From NCBI RefSeq assembly GCF_964204865.1, contig NC_135251.1, positions 14,880,001 to 14,944,000 of the forward strand: 64,000 bases of DNA, given 5' to 3'. Shown here piece by piece: positions 1 to 11,612 of this stretch. Source of the DNA: Styela clava. Taxonomy: Eukaryota. The notes under the pieces were generated by a model. That model did no database searches. It saw nothing but the letters and a program-made list of their open reading frames with translations, and was not told the origin of the DNA. Position numbers and translations under genes: made by a program. Every line of letters starts with the position of its first letter. Positions within the stretch are counted from its first letter, which is position 1.

Positions 1-524
1 ACGCCGGTTTCTCCAACCATGAAGCCGACTCCAGTGTCAACTAAAAAGCCATTTGTCGCGTCTAAAAAACCATCACCTAAGAAACCAATTACACCAAGCA
101 AACCCCCAAAAATTCCATCGAAGAAACCCGAGACGCCGGTTTCTCCAACCAAGAAGCCGACTCCAGGGTCAACTAAAAAGCCATTTGTCGTGTCTAAAAA
201 ACCATCACCTAAGAAACCAATTACACCGAGCAAACCCCCAAAAATTCCATCGAAAAAACCCGAGACGCCGGTTTCTCCAACCATGAAGCCGACTCCAGTG
301 TCAACTAAAAAGCCATTTGTCGCGTCTAAAAAACCATCACCTAAGAAACCAATTACACCAAGCAAACCCCCAAAAAGTCCATCGAAGAAACCCGAGACGC
401 CGGTTTCTCCAACCAAGAAGCCGACTCCAGTGTCAATTATAAAGCCATTTGTCGTGTCTAAAAAACCATCACCTAAGAAACCAATTACACCGAGCAAACC
501 CCCAAAAATTCCATCGAAGAAACC
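1..524 (+). repeat. Coding tandem repeat, 132-bp (44-aa) unit, 4 copies, probably continuing upstream of the window
   Basis: Units start ACGCCGGTTTCTCCAACC at 1, 133, 265 and 397; peptide TPVSPT(M/K)KPTPVSTKKPFV(A/V)SKKPSPKKPITPSKPPKIPSKKPE. Confidence 0.95.
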
Positions 525-3500
525 CATTTCTCCGGTTGAAAAACCTAGAAAACCAACAGAAAAGCCAACAAAAAAACCATTATTACCAAGGAAACCATTG
601 AGAAAACCCGGCGCTGGCAAGAAACCTACATTACGAAGGAAACCTACTGGATCCAGACGAAAACCAGGCGTGGCTCCCAAAAAGCCAGCCACTCCGTCTA
701 AAGCACCTGCAAAAAAGCCAACCGCTCCAACGAGAGGGCCTCTGAAAAAGCCTGTTACAGGGAAAAGACCTAATTTACGCAGAAGGAAACCATTAGGAGC
801 TAGAAGGCGACCAGGCGTAGCTCCCAAGAAGCCCATCGGAACTATAAATAGGCCAACCCCAGTAAAACAAAAGCCTGGTGAAACTGCCAAAACACCTAAC
901 GTTCTGATAAAACCAACTTCTGTGATTGAAAAGCCAGTAACAACAGCCACTGCGACAAAGGAACCAACAAAAGAAATAATTATACAGACCACAGAACCAC
1001 CTACGTCGCCAAAATTGTCTCCCACTACAACAAAAGCAACCGTATCAACAATTCAGCCTAGCACAACCACAAAAGAATTGAAAAAAACAACCGTTGCAAC
1101 CACTATTCCTATTGTGGCGACAAAGATACCAACTGAAACCAAAAAACCAACCATTCCGAGACAAGCTCCTGCAAAAAAGCCAACCGCTCCAAAACGAGGG
1201 CCACTGAAAAAGCCTCTCACAGGAAAGAGACCCAATTTACGCAGAAGGAAACCATTGGGAACTAGAAGACGACCAGGTGTGGCTCCTAAAAAGCCTACCG
1301 GCACTACGAAGCCAGTTCTAACCCGACAAAAGCCTAGTGAAACTGTCAAAAAACCTGAAGTTCCGACGAAACCAACTACTCCAATTCAAAAGTCAACAAC
1401 AACTGCGACAAAGGAACCAACGACAGAAACAATTTTACAAACCACAGAACCACCTACTTCGCCAAAATCAACGACATCATCGACACAGAGATCTGTTTCT
1501 GTCACGGAGAAACCAGCAGTCACTAAAAAAACAGTCACGCCTAGTAAAGCACCTACAAAAAAACCGGTAGTTACAAGAAGGGGACCCCTAAAAAAACCTG
1601 TTTGGGGAAAAAGGCCAGCTTTATCTAGAAAGAAACCTATTGCTGGTATTAAGAAACCGGGAGAAATTGCAAAGAAGCCCGTGGGTACCAGAAAGAAGCC
1701 AGGTATGGCCAAGAAAAAACCGGGTCTATCTGTCAAGAAGCCAGCGGGTGCCCAAAAGAAACCGTTTGTTGGTAAGAAAAAGCCTGGAATCCAAGGTAAA
1801 AAGCCTGGTTTGGCTCGCAAGAAACCATTACTCGCCAGAAAGAAGCCTGGCTTTGGTAAAAAACAACCTGTTAAAAAGCCGCCAATAAAACGACGACCTG
1901 TACCAACTAAAAAGCCTATTAAAAAACCTTTGCCCGGAAAAGGTAAATTGGGATTAAAACCTGTTGCCAAAGGACGAACCGGACCTAAGCCTGTAGTCGG
2001 AAAAGCAATAAAAACTCCTACAACAACAAAATCAGCGGCAGTAAGTACAACAGAAGAACCAACTACTACTATTGCGCCAACCACAACTGAAATCACAACT
2101 ACTAGAAAAACAACCACCACGAAACCAACAACCACGACCCCCAAAACTAGGCCCACAATGCCAACTTACCGCGCATTACAACCAATAACGCGACGACCAG
2201 CTTACCCACGCCGACCCACAACTCGTCCACCTCCTCGATTAGCAGCACGAGGTCGACTTGGAGCCAACTCTGGATTCCGCCCACTTGCCCCCGCAAGGCC
2301 ACCGATACGAGCCCGCCCGTCACTCCCAATTTTCCGTCCTCTTGTACCATTGAGTAACCGACCCATATTGCCAAGACCCGTGGGTACGTTTTCACCCGAG
2401 AGTGTTGCAATATTGAAAAAAGTTCCAAATGTACCGGGAAAAGAATTAGATCAGATAGATGATAAATTTGCTGTGGCGAAAGATGGAGATGCATGGCAAG
2501 GGATGGATGATGGATTGAATTATAAGCCTCAACTGACTATTAACAAAACAGTATATGGTTGCCCATACTACGAATCAAATATTACAGTTTTTAGCTTTTG
2601 GCCAGGAGGCTTCAATGCAATGGTAAATTTCTCTCGTCTAACGAAACCAATGATGAATGGATGGATAGTGAAAATACAATTCGAGTCACCAATACTTGAT
2701 ATTGAAACCCACGTTGTTAATTTCTTCATCGCCACAGACGACAGAAAAACCGTTGCGTTTTTGCCTAAGCCGTATATGGCAGTACTTCATTATAATCAGG
2801 TAAGTGCGATATTGGTGTATAAATTTTTCATATTGATAACTTGGTTAATATTATAACATATACAAATCAAAATACAACATACACAATATAAAATTTGTAT
2901 CACATATATTATGTCAACTATTTGAATTTTCGCAAATTTTGCAGGATTTGACAGTCGCCTTTATTGGAAAGGTTGGCAATGAAGACATAAATGTGCCCCG
3001 TGGCAGAGCGTTGCTCATGGGAAAATGTACTGACGACATACTCGCTGGCAAAGTTGTTGGAAACATGTTTCAAGGACAAAAAGTACTAGAAAAACTTGGA
3101 AACGGCACTAAAGCAAAAGAGTGAGTATCGATGTATTTTTATTTTATTTTTTTCATTACATCATCTGTGAAATTTCCACACAATTATGAAGAATCATTCA
3201 GAAACTTATTTATAACTTGCATTTATATGTACATTTGAAAAATATTGTTTTAATTCCAGGGTTCCAAGCGCTCCAACAAGACCTCCAGCAGTTTCAAGAG
3301 CGACAGCCACTGAGCAAACTCCAGCTCCAAGAAGACCAGGAGCGGCAGGAGCTGGAGTCAGGCGGCCCGGTGCGGCAGGAGCTGGAGCCAGACGGCCCGG
3401 AACGGCTGGAGCTGGAGCCAGACGGCCCGGAACGGCAGGAGCTGGAGCACGACGACCAGGAACAGCAAGACGCCCTGGAGCAGCACCCCGACGAACCGCT

Positions 3501-6500
3501 CGGCCAAGATCAGCATTCAAGCCTCGTCCCGGGAATATCTGGCCCGCAAATAGATGCTTGGCAAAATCTGCTAATGGTGTCCTTCCAGAAGGAGGATTAA
3601 CAAGACCAAAATGGTCTAAAAGCTCAAGCAAAAGTAACCATAACAAGTCTTTAATTTTATCATAAATTTACAAGATTTGTTGGTTTAGTTTCTCAATCGT
3701 GAACAAAAACGCAAAATTTTGTATATATATATCAAATATGCGGAAAAATATCAATACTTGAAACTTGAATTTGGCGATGCTTTGAATGAATTAGGAATTT
3801 TGGTAGAATGATAGCAATAATTTGAAGTCAATTTCCTGCTTATTGGTCGCTTCGTATTACAAGACATAGAACATCATTTACATCATCATATTATCATCAT
3901 TTGTTTCGCTTCATTATAAACACTGTCAAAAACCTCATCTACATTATCTATATTTTACCTTTCATTTACACAGAATCAATCTATGATTACAACGAAGTTC
4001 TGCATAAATCTGGACTTTTCTACATGGCTCAGAAATCTGGCAAACTTCCTAAAATATTCCCAATACCTTGGAGAGGCGACTCTGCACTGAAGGATGGATG
4101 TAACACTGGGGACGCCTTGTTCGGAGGACTTTACAGTGGTAAGTTTGAGATTAACTTCTTTTACAATCGATAATGTTTAGTAATACATAAATGAATTATA
4201 TCTAGCCTAATCCAATTACAATAACGTATATGTATAATAATTTTGGCAGCTGCGTAATTTTGAATATAGACCTCTTCTCATTCATAAGATAAGTAGGTTG
4301 AGCGAGTCCAAACATATAAATCAGATATATATAGCTTCTGTGATCATCCGGAGAGCAAGAGCACGCATGATGATCCCGCATTTTAAATCTGTATATTTCG
4401 TGTTCTGATGAGTTGTCAACGACACCATGGATGTGACTGCAATTTGCTTATTCAACGCTGAACATAAAAACATTGTTATATCATCATAATCACTATGTTT
4501 CGATAATTTGGCCCACTGCTCACAAAAAAACTATTCTGATCAACTTTAGGTGCTGGTTACGAAAAGTCTACATTGGCTATTGCATTTACAACAACTATGC
4601 TTGCTTGGGGAGGAATTGATTATAAATCAGCATACACTGCCGCTGGTGAATACGACGATCTTGTGAAAATCATTAAAAGTAACGCAAACTATTTGATTCG
4701 CTGTCACACAAGCGCGAATGAGTTAGTGGTTCAGGTCAGTTTAAATTAAAAATGTAATAATATATTTTCATCTCTTGATCTATACTGCGTTCGAACCCGA
4801 ATTGGGCCACCAGTACTCAGTTACCTCACCTTGGGTGTAAAAACTCTGGTACATAATTTATATATAATGTTGCTGGTAGATGAGAATACTTCTGAACAAA
4901 TTGTTGTTTCAAACATTTGCGGTAAATAAAAGTCCAACATATGGACAATCAGTATAGCTGGTATATGACTTAACAACCTTTATTTCTTAGAAATATGGAA
5001 AAAGTAAGTAATAAAATACCAAGTAGTAATGACCATACAACGAAAGAATAATGATATGATTATATAAATATGAAAGAGATGTGCTAACATGTAGAGAAAG
5101 ATGTGACTACACATTACAGCATGCAGCTTACATTGTCAAGCAACAATAACTATCATTTATATTTGTTTCTTGAACTATAGATAGGAGACTATGATTCAAG
5201 TGGAACGAAATGGACAAGGCCAGAAGAGCTGGACGTAGAAGGAAGAAAAATATACAAGATAAATACTAAAAATCCAGGCCAAGATGTTGCTGCTGAAACA
5301 GCGGCCGCTCTAGCTGCAGCAGGATTCATGTTCAAGTCAACAGGTATGTCACCCGTTGAAATAGTTAATAATTTTAATCAATTATTTGTTTTACTTAATT
5401 AAATTAATCACTGCTAAGACATAGATTGTTGATGGATTTAGGGGAATGAACTCGCATAACTTTGCCATGGAGTGTTAATATTTAAATTTCATTTTCTCCA
5501 TGCCTTTTACGTTCATAATAAAGCTGGATAAATCCTATCTTAAACTTTTGTTGTTTTACCCCGGTCTTGCGAAAAATCGGGAAACAAACTGTTAGAAAAT
5601 TTCACTTAATTAATTCCACTGGATTAAAGAAATGGACAAATCATATAAGACAAGCCGAGAGTTGGTTGTTGTTAAATATAATCACATAAGTAATTCAGGA
5701 AGTTCTTTCGGAATTTAGTTGATTTAATGGTAATATGAGCTGGAAGGAGATATCGTTAATGGCATGATGTTATCTTATTCTGTCTCGCACAAAACGACTT
5801 GTCAGAATTTAACTCCGGAATTTTTGTTCAACAGATTCCAAGTTTTCTCAAGAATGTTTGCTCCACGCCAGGCAATTGTACAGTTTTGCACAGAAATATC
5901 CAGGCAAATATAGTCAAGTCATTCCCTCAACTGCGAACAGATATCATACGACATCTGACACTTTGGATGATTTGGTAAATTAATTATTTAGTATATATTA
6001 TTTATATTACTAAATAGGACATTACAATTCAACGTATTTGGTAGATCGATCATAGCTAAACATAACAGATAGAAATGCTGTGGTTACTCAAATTATATCA
6101 CAGTTAATAACTAGGTAGCGATCGGAGACCGCCGACTTATCGAACTTCCGCATGTTCAATCGCTCTGACTCAATAGCGACACCGCGTGTCCCATCACTTA
6201 TTAAATAATATCTTGCTAATTATACCACATAATTCATCCAAAATCAAGAGGCTTCTGGTCCGAGATATGATGGATGCACATGCAAAATTTGGAGCAGATT
6301 TAACCTCGCTTTCGTGAGATATCGCGTAGCATACGAAAGTGTCTAACAGACAAACAGAAAGACAAATACCTATCAACATACTTATCGATCGAGATCGCTA
6401 AATAATAAATTTGACTCGGTTTCCTCAAGTAATCTATTCTATTTTTCACGCGGCCAATAAACCCAATGCAGGCTATATTTATTACTATCTTGATGACATT

Positions 6501-8666
6501 TTTACCAAAAAACAACGAATGTGGCTGAAAATCAGAAAATTTGTTATTATTATGATACAAAGTAAAAATAAACTCAAACTCTTCAGCGGGCACAGCGGCA
6601 TTTAATTTTTGCGAATATTTTTATATTAACTTAAAATTTCCTGCTCATTTCAGGTGTGGGCAATGCTTTGGATGGGTAAAGCTACAGGAAATAAAGCATA
6701 TTTTGAAAGAGCAGAAGCTATGTACAAGAAAATCACCACAAGTCCTGTAAACCTGTTCTACTGGGAAGATAAAACAAACGCATTGCCGGTATGTTTTGTC
6801 GATAATATTTTGCATATTGAAGTCCTATTAAAATAACCAAATTGTGAAAGTCTTGTGGAAGTATACTCAGCTCCAAGTTTGCTGGCTGAAGATAAGCCAG
6901 TTAGATTAATGCATAATGCAATGCATATTTATATTAATTTAGTTTCTGTATTTTCATACTTTCATACATGCAAATTCATACTTTTGCCGAATGAATGTGT
7001 CTAACGATCTTTTTTAATAGCGAAGGACGTTTATGTAAATTTTCAACTATTGAAAAATCATAACATTCAGAAAATCGTTAATTCCATTTATTTACTGAAT
7101 TAATTGGAAATTATTGAATTTTCAGATATTGTTAGCCAAATTCACGAAAAAGAAGGATTATTTGATAGAGTCTAGAAAATTGATAATCAAACTGGCGAAG
7201 AATGGAACGCGAACACCGAGCAAACAGCTTTGGTTACATGAAAAGGGAACAAACATGCACACGGGTAATTTTGTTAAAATACATTCTCATTACTATTTTC
7301 AAACTCTTGAGAAGTATTAGTTTATCTTATGAGAATGGATAAATGTCCCAATTCCTATTTGGAAGACAACTACAGAATGCGTCATGACAATGGGAAAGTC
7401 AAGTCGGCATCGGATTTAGGCGCTAATAGAACTATATTCGATTATGTGTGACCAGAAAATCGGCAAACAAACTTCATAAAAGACTACTTTGTTTTATTCA
7501 AAAGTATTTTTTATTAAAATTTTATAGCAAACTCTGCGTTTTTGGCACTGCAGACAGCAATGATATATAAACGCTTTCCGTTCGGATCAATAGCAGCATC
7601 ATTTGCAGAGGAACAACTTCATTTGCTTCTGGGTGACGGTGAACGTAGTTACGTTGTCGGATTCGGTAAGAATTACCCGAAACGTCCTCATCATATGGCA
7701 AGGTAAATGACTTTATTGTTTGTAAGATATTTCTTGCATTCCCCAATGATAACAAGAACCCGGCTTGTATTTAGGGAGTCTATAGCTTGGGGATATATTA
7801 GATTTAAATATAATATTAGTCGAGACGTGATATTGCAAATTATTCTAAGGTGCATGGTGGGGGTTGACGTATAATAGGCATAATTAACTTAGGTACCATA
7901 ATATTACATTTTTAAGAAGTCAGTGTATTACGCAGTACGGTGGTTCATTTATTGTTTCACAACGCTTCGTTTTTTAAATCCTTGCTAGTTGTGTAACTCG
8001 TAGTATTACTGTACTCGGAGGTATTCTTCTGTACTGTCAGGAACCTACTACTGAGAGTTATATTCCTGCTTATTAGTGATGAATAACTAACAAATATAAT
8101 ACCTTAATTTTCAGTTCATGTCTTGATCCACCCGCTAAGTGTGATGCTTCTCGTTTACGTATATCAGCTGACAGTCCACATACATTGTATGGAGCCTTGG
8201 TCGGTGGACCTGATCAGCAAGGAAAGTGAGTACAATTAACTTATTTGATGAAAATATTTTGGTTAGAACTGAGTATATACTTGGCTTACGGAATATTAGC
8301 AGAATGAACAACAACCTTTTAATCCTTCACAGTTAGTTTTTTTTATATATTTATAGCAACCCAAAATTTCCACAAGATACATTTGTTATTAATACGATTT
8401 CTCAGGTGTTTAATCGAAATAGGTTTTACAGATAATGATTGACGACACAACTGTTAATATTCTTTCATTCTTCATTACCATACAGATACAACGATTACAT
8501 TACGGAGCAGATTCAAAACGAAGTAGCCATCGATTTTAATGCTGGATTCCAATCAGCTATAGCAGGGTTACGAGAAATGCAACTCCCGGGAAAATATCTG
8601 ATAAAATCCTCGTCAAACCAGTTGCGTAGGGTGGGACAACCTGTTCGAAAGAACAATGCAGGATAA
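1..8666 (+). CDS. 5'-partial multi-exon gene: Lys/Pro/Thr/Arg-rich repeat region + CBM2-like domain + RRPG/AGAG linker + GH9 (endo-beta-1,4-glucanase fold) domain, probably catalytically inactive
   Basis: Exons 1-2799, 2945-3120, 3260-3633, 3974-4138, 4550-4734, 5181-5343, 5835-5974, 6654-6788, 7126-7264, 7528-7702, 8115-8225, 8486-8666. All junctions are GT..AG with matching phases (4743 nt, 1580 aa + stop), and the frame is open from base 1. GH9 motifs: YDYNEVLHKSGLFYMAQKSGKLP, WRGDSALKDG, TMLAWG, PGQDVAAETAAALAA, RSYVVGFG..P.RPHH, LYGALVGGPD, NEVAIDFNAGFQSA. Confidence 0.9.
2560..3000 (+). other. CBM2-like carbohydrate-binding module, split by intron 2800-2944
   Basis: ITVFSFWPGGFNAMVNF...MNGWIVKIQFESPI...DLTVAFIG resembles the CBM2 pattern W-x-G-G-F ... 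GW-x-V-x-x-x-F ... F-x-G and sits N-terminal to a GH9 domain, as in other invertebrate CBM2-GH9 proteins. Judged by eye. Confidence 0.65.
3330..3480 (+). repeat. Coding 30-bp (10-aa) repeat RRPG(A/T)AGAG(A/V) in exon 3 of the GH9-like gene
   Basis: The spliced frame (different from the ORF-track frame) reads RRPGAAGAGV RRPGAAGAGA RRPGTAGAGA RRPGTAGAGA RRPGTARRPGA. Confidence 0.85.
6111..6405 (-). mobile_element. Helentron-associated non-autonomous element (HINE/DINE-1-like), family 1, intronic
   Basis: Homologous to the copies at 10985, 14741, 15723 and 61935: shared core (GGCTTCTGGTCCGAGATA, GCAAAATTTGGAGCAGATT), (CAGA)n-like tract, subterminal ACTTATCGA repeat and CTAG-TT 3' end. Confidence 0.7.
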
Positions 8667-9661
8667 ACAAATATATTTTATGAGATTGGAAAATCAGACG
8701 GATTTCTGATAAAATTGATGTTATTGATTACCATATTATTTTGGTTATAGTTAGTTCCACGCCATGAGTGGATGACCAAATATTTGCCTTGCATTTTCAA
8801 TTGAACTGATTGTTTTTCTTGTTGAATTTTTTATGTTCCACATTTTGGGTAAAGTAAGTCTAAAGCATATTGGCCCTTTCTCTGTCAGTCCAGTCAAATG
8901 CGAGATATTCAACTGTCTGGCCTAATTCAATGACACCAATTTTCATTATAGTAAATTAGCAAATTTGCAACAATTTTTCAAATTTTATTTTTAATCGTCT
9001 GCTATGAGATAGATTGTGACTGCTCTTGGTTTTCAGGCATGCATTTCAATCAATATAAGTTGTTTCATGAGACCGTATACTAAAAGGGTTGAGTCAATAA
9101 TAAGCTCCATTATAAATGTCTGTTATATGAAAAACAGATTTTTTTATATGCTTAGCACTACTTGAAACAATTTGAGATTGGTTTATCACATTGCCTCAAG
9201 AAGCGGAAAAATGGTTGTGTATATTAATCACATTGATAATTTTTATTTCAAATCCCCATGTTCTTTAGGTGAATAAAACAACAAACACATATTCAAATAT
9301 TTATCTGTTGAGAACTATTGGGTGTAGAACAGAATATCAACGTTTGATTCAATTATAGGTCCATTAAATCTGCAGGAATAACCAAGAACTTAATTGAAGC
9401 CTAAGAACATTTTGTTCTTTATAAACTTAAGTAAAAATTGGTAGCATAACGTTCAGTCCAAAACTACCACTTTACATGTGGTATGGATAATTTGGTAGGC
9501 TGTAAACCCGAAAAGTATCAAGCACATAAAATGAGTTACTTACGTCAAGAAATATGATATATACAACTTAGTGCTGAGCGAGACGGTTCTACAAAGTTAG
9601 AAGAAACAGAAACTTTCAGTCAGCCTAATCCATAACATCACGAGGCCCTGTACCTGTAGAC

Positions 9662-10100
9662 CAGGGGTCGGCAAACTGCGGTCAGCGGGCCATATGCGGC
9701 CCGCGGACAAATTTTTTGCGGTCCTCGAATGACTCTTAATTCATAAAACAAAAAAATTGATTCTAAATGCATTGTATCCACATAAATTTATGTGCTAACA
9801 AGTGCCGCTGTACGTTGTTTGTTTTATAGCAAGTAGTGTCAGTAAGTCGTTTACTGGATGGACGTCATCGTTGGTTGTAATTATAAATTAGGTTTATTAT
9901 GATTTTTAAAATTTGAAAATGTCTGGAGAATGGAGGGAAGTTTGCGACGAGGGCCGAACATTTCAAGTGCTAATAAGGAAAAATATTTTTATTTCTCGCG
10001 CATTTCAAAACCAGTTTGCTTGGTATGCCAGGTAAGCATCGCAGTTATTAAGGTATTTAATGTTAAACGAACGTATCATTGCAAAAACGAAATTCGACCA
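9662..10100 (+). mobile_element. Truncated hAT (Buster/SPIN/Charlie-like) element: left end and transposase N-terminal zinc-finger relic
   Basis: Terminus CAGGGGTCGGCAAACTGCGG...GCGGCCCGCG. Peptide KYFYFSRISKPVCLVCQVSIAVIKVFNVKR resembles the SPIN/GTF2IRD2-type KPVCLIC...K.YN..RHY motif. No right TIR found. Confidence 0.75.
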
Positions 10101-10167
10101 CGAGACTTGGTATTTCCATTTTTACACAAGGCTAGATTAAATAGCAATCATTTTTCACACAACCTCC

Positions 10168-11024
10168 CTAGATGATATAATTCCAACCAGGCGGAGTGGA
10201 GGTACTTTCTAGTATTCCTGGTACATTTATCATATTCAATATGCCGGTAACAAACTCCGTAATCATTTTAAATTTTGTGAAGCATTATACAGCTAAATGT
10301 AAACTAGCAGCATTTATTACAAAAGGAAAGAAAGAACAGAATATAATATTGAAGCAAACGTATTTTTTAAAGGAAGAAGTCGGGATGTTGACAACGAAGA
10401 AATCAACGAACATTACCGTAAAGTTGATTAGCGTATCCACGCGTATGGCGTCCATAGCGTGCAGATTCTCGTACGGAAATATAGCAACCCATTCAATACA
10501 ATATACAGTGGTAACAAGTCGAACTGCATCTAATGCTATGGAGTAAAACACCCAATCGGCTTCGTGCAGCCATTTTATGTCCCCTATAATCACATAAGAA
10601 AGTATTCCATAACATGGAATCAACATTTAGATTGAAACAATGCATGGTGCATCAATGATATCAATACTCGAATCAAGTTATAGCACCTTCACAATCAGGA
10701 ACTTCCCGGCGTTCAGAGTCAGCACGTGTATTCTGTCGGGTTAGATTTTGTCTTTCTTCTGTTTGTATTTTCAAGGGGCAAAGATACGTTTGCCATTTTG
10801 AACCGATATTTCAGTATACCACTGAATGCAGAAAGATTGATCATACGGTAAAGCAGCGGTTCTCAACCGAACACCGGGGCTCAACAAGGGGTCCAAAGAG
10901 CAGTTTGAGGGGTGCTTGCTTCAATGCTGGGCGAAAAACTGATTTTATTTCATTTCCTCCATTTCCAAAAACCCGTGCTTCTTCGATTTTAATCGATTTT
11001 AATCGGTAAGTATGTTGATAGGTA

Positions 11025-11057
<33 letters not shown>

Positions 11058-11612
11058 ATGTATGTATGTATGTATGTATGTCTGTCTGTCTGTCTGTATG
11101 TCTGTTAGATGCACGCGATTTCTCACGAAAGCGCGAAAGCGAGATTGCAGGTGCATTCATCTTATCTCGAACCAGAAGCCTATTGATTTTGGGCGAATTA
11201 TGTCGTATAATTAGCAAGTTATTAATTAATTAGTGATGGGACACAAGGTGTCACTATGGAGTAAGCGCGCTGTTTTGGGGATCCCCTAACTTTCGATCGA
11301 TAAGTCTTCGGTCTCTGACCGATATTCTCGTTTCATTGCTTGATAAGATTATTTCATCGGGTGTTTTTTTGTGCATGAATAAATTGTTTGAAAATATTGG
11401 GATTTGGAATCTACCAATCAAAATAACACTATAAATACCAGTGGAATAATAATCCGGGGACAATGAGTGCTGAAAGCGTCCAGACGGGGGACAGTTACAG
11501 TTTGATAATTTAAAATAATAAACGGCTGTTCCATTTATACATCCAGCTGGCAACCATACCAGTTGAAACACAAATGCATGGTAAAGCAAAAAAACGTGTT
11601 AATTGTTCCCCA
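10168..11612 (-). pseudogene. Decayed rolling-stone paralog (exon 2 and 3 relics), copy 1
   Basis: The exon-3 relic starts at 10583 after a phase-1 acceptor, as in the intact genes: GDIKWLHEADWVFYSIALDAVRLVTTVY...NFTVMFVDFFVVNIP...*...EFVTGILNMINVPG, versus intact GDVRWFHHLTWVVLTATAGVNFIVTIIY...NSVLMILDIFISRIP...EFYAGILDWKSEPG. The exon-2 relic starts at 11612 (cag|TGG; LYHAFVF...YYFKLSNC versus LYRAFMF...YVAYLSNW) and has a frameshift. In-frame TAA at 10285-10287; conserved His lost. Confidence 0.75.
10985..11332 (+). mobile_element. HINE family 1 copy with expanded (TGTC)n/(TGTA)n microsatellite
   Basis: Microsatellite at about 11025-11105; 3' subTIR GATCGATAAGT; hairpin TCGGTC-TCT-GACCGA; end TATTCTCGTT. 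Confidence 0.8.

Noticed and set aside
1-524. Regular repeats considered as a CRISPR-like array
   Set aside because: Contiguous in-frame coding repeats without unique spacers, in a eukaryotic gene.
53-2494. Overlapping alternate-frame and antisense ORFs (e.g. 1386-2156 minus, 256 aa)
   Set aside because: Shadows of the low-complexity Lys/Pro/Thr coding exon; no independent family features.
3217-3600. ORF-track Gln/Glu-rich peptide (QELEPDGPER repeats)
   Set aside because: Splice phases at 3120/3260 and 3633/3974 require the RRPGAAGAG frame, so this is the wrong frame.
3974-8666. Recent horizontal transfer of a bacterial cellulase
   Set aside because: The gene is intron-rich with animal-type GH9 motifs, and GH9 is ancient in animals; nothing here indicates recent transfer.
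10999-11233. ORFs with CLSV/TDRQ repeats (also near 6194, 14963, 62089)
   Set aside because: Translations of the tetranucleotide microsatellite inside HINE elements.
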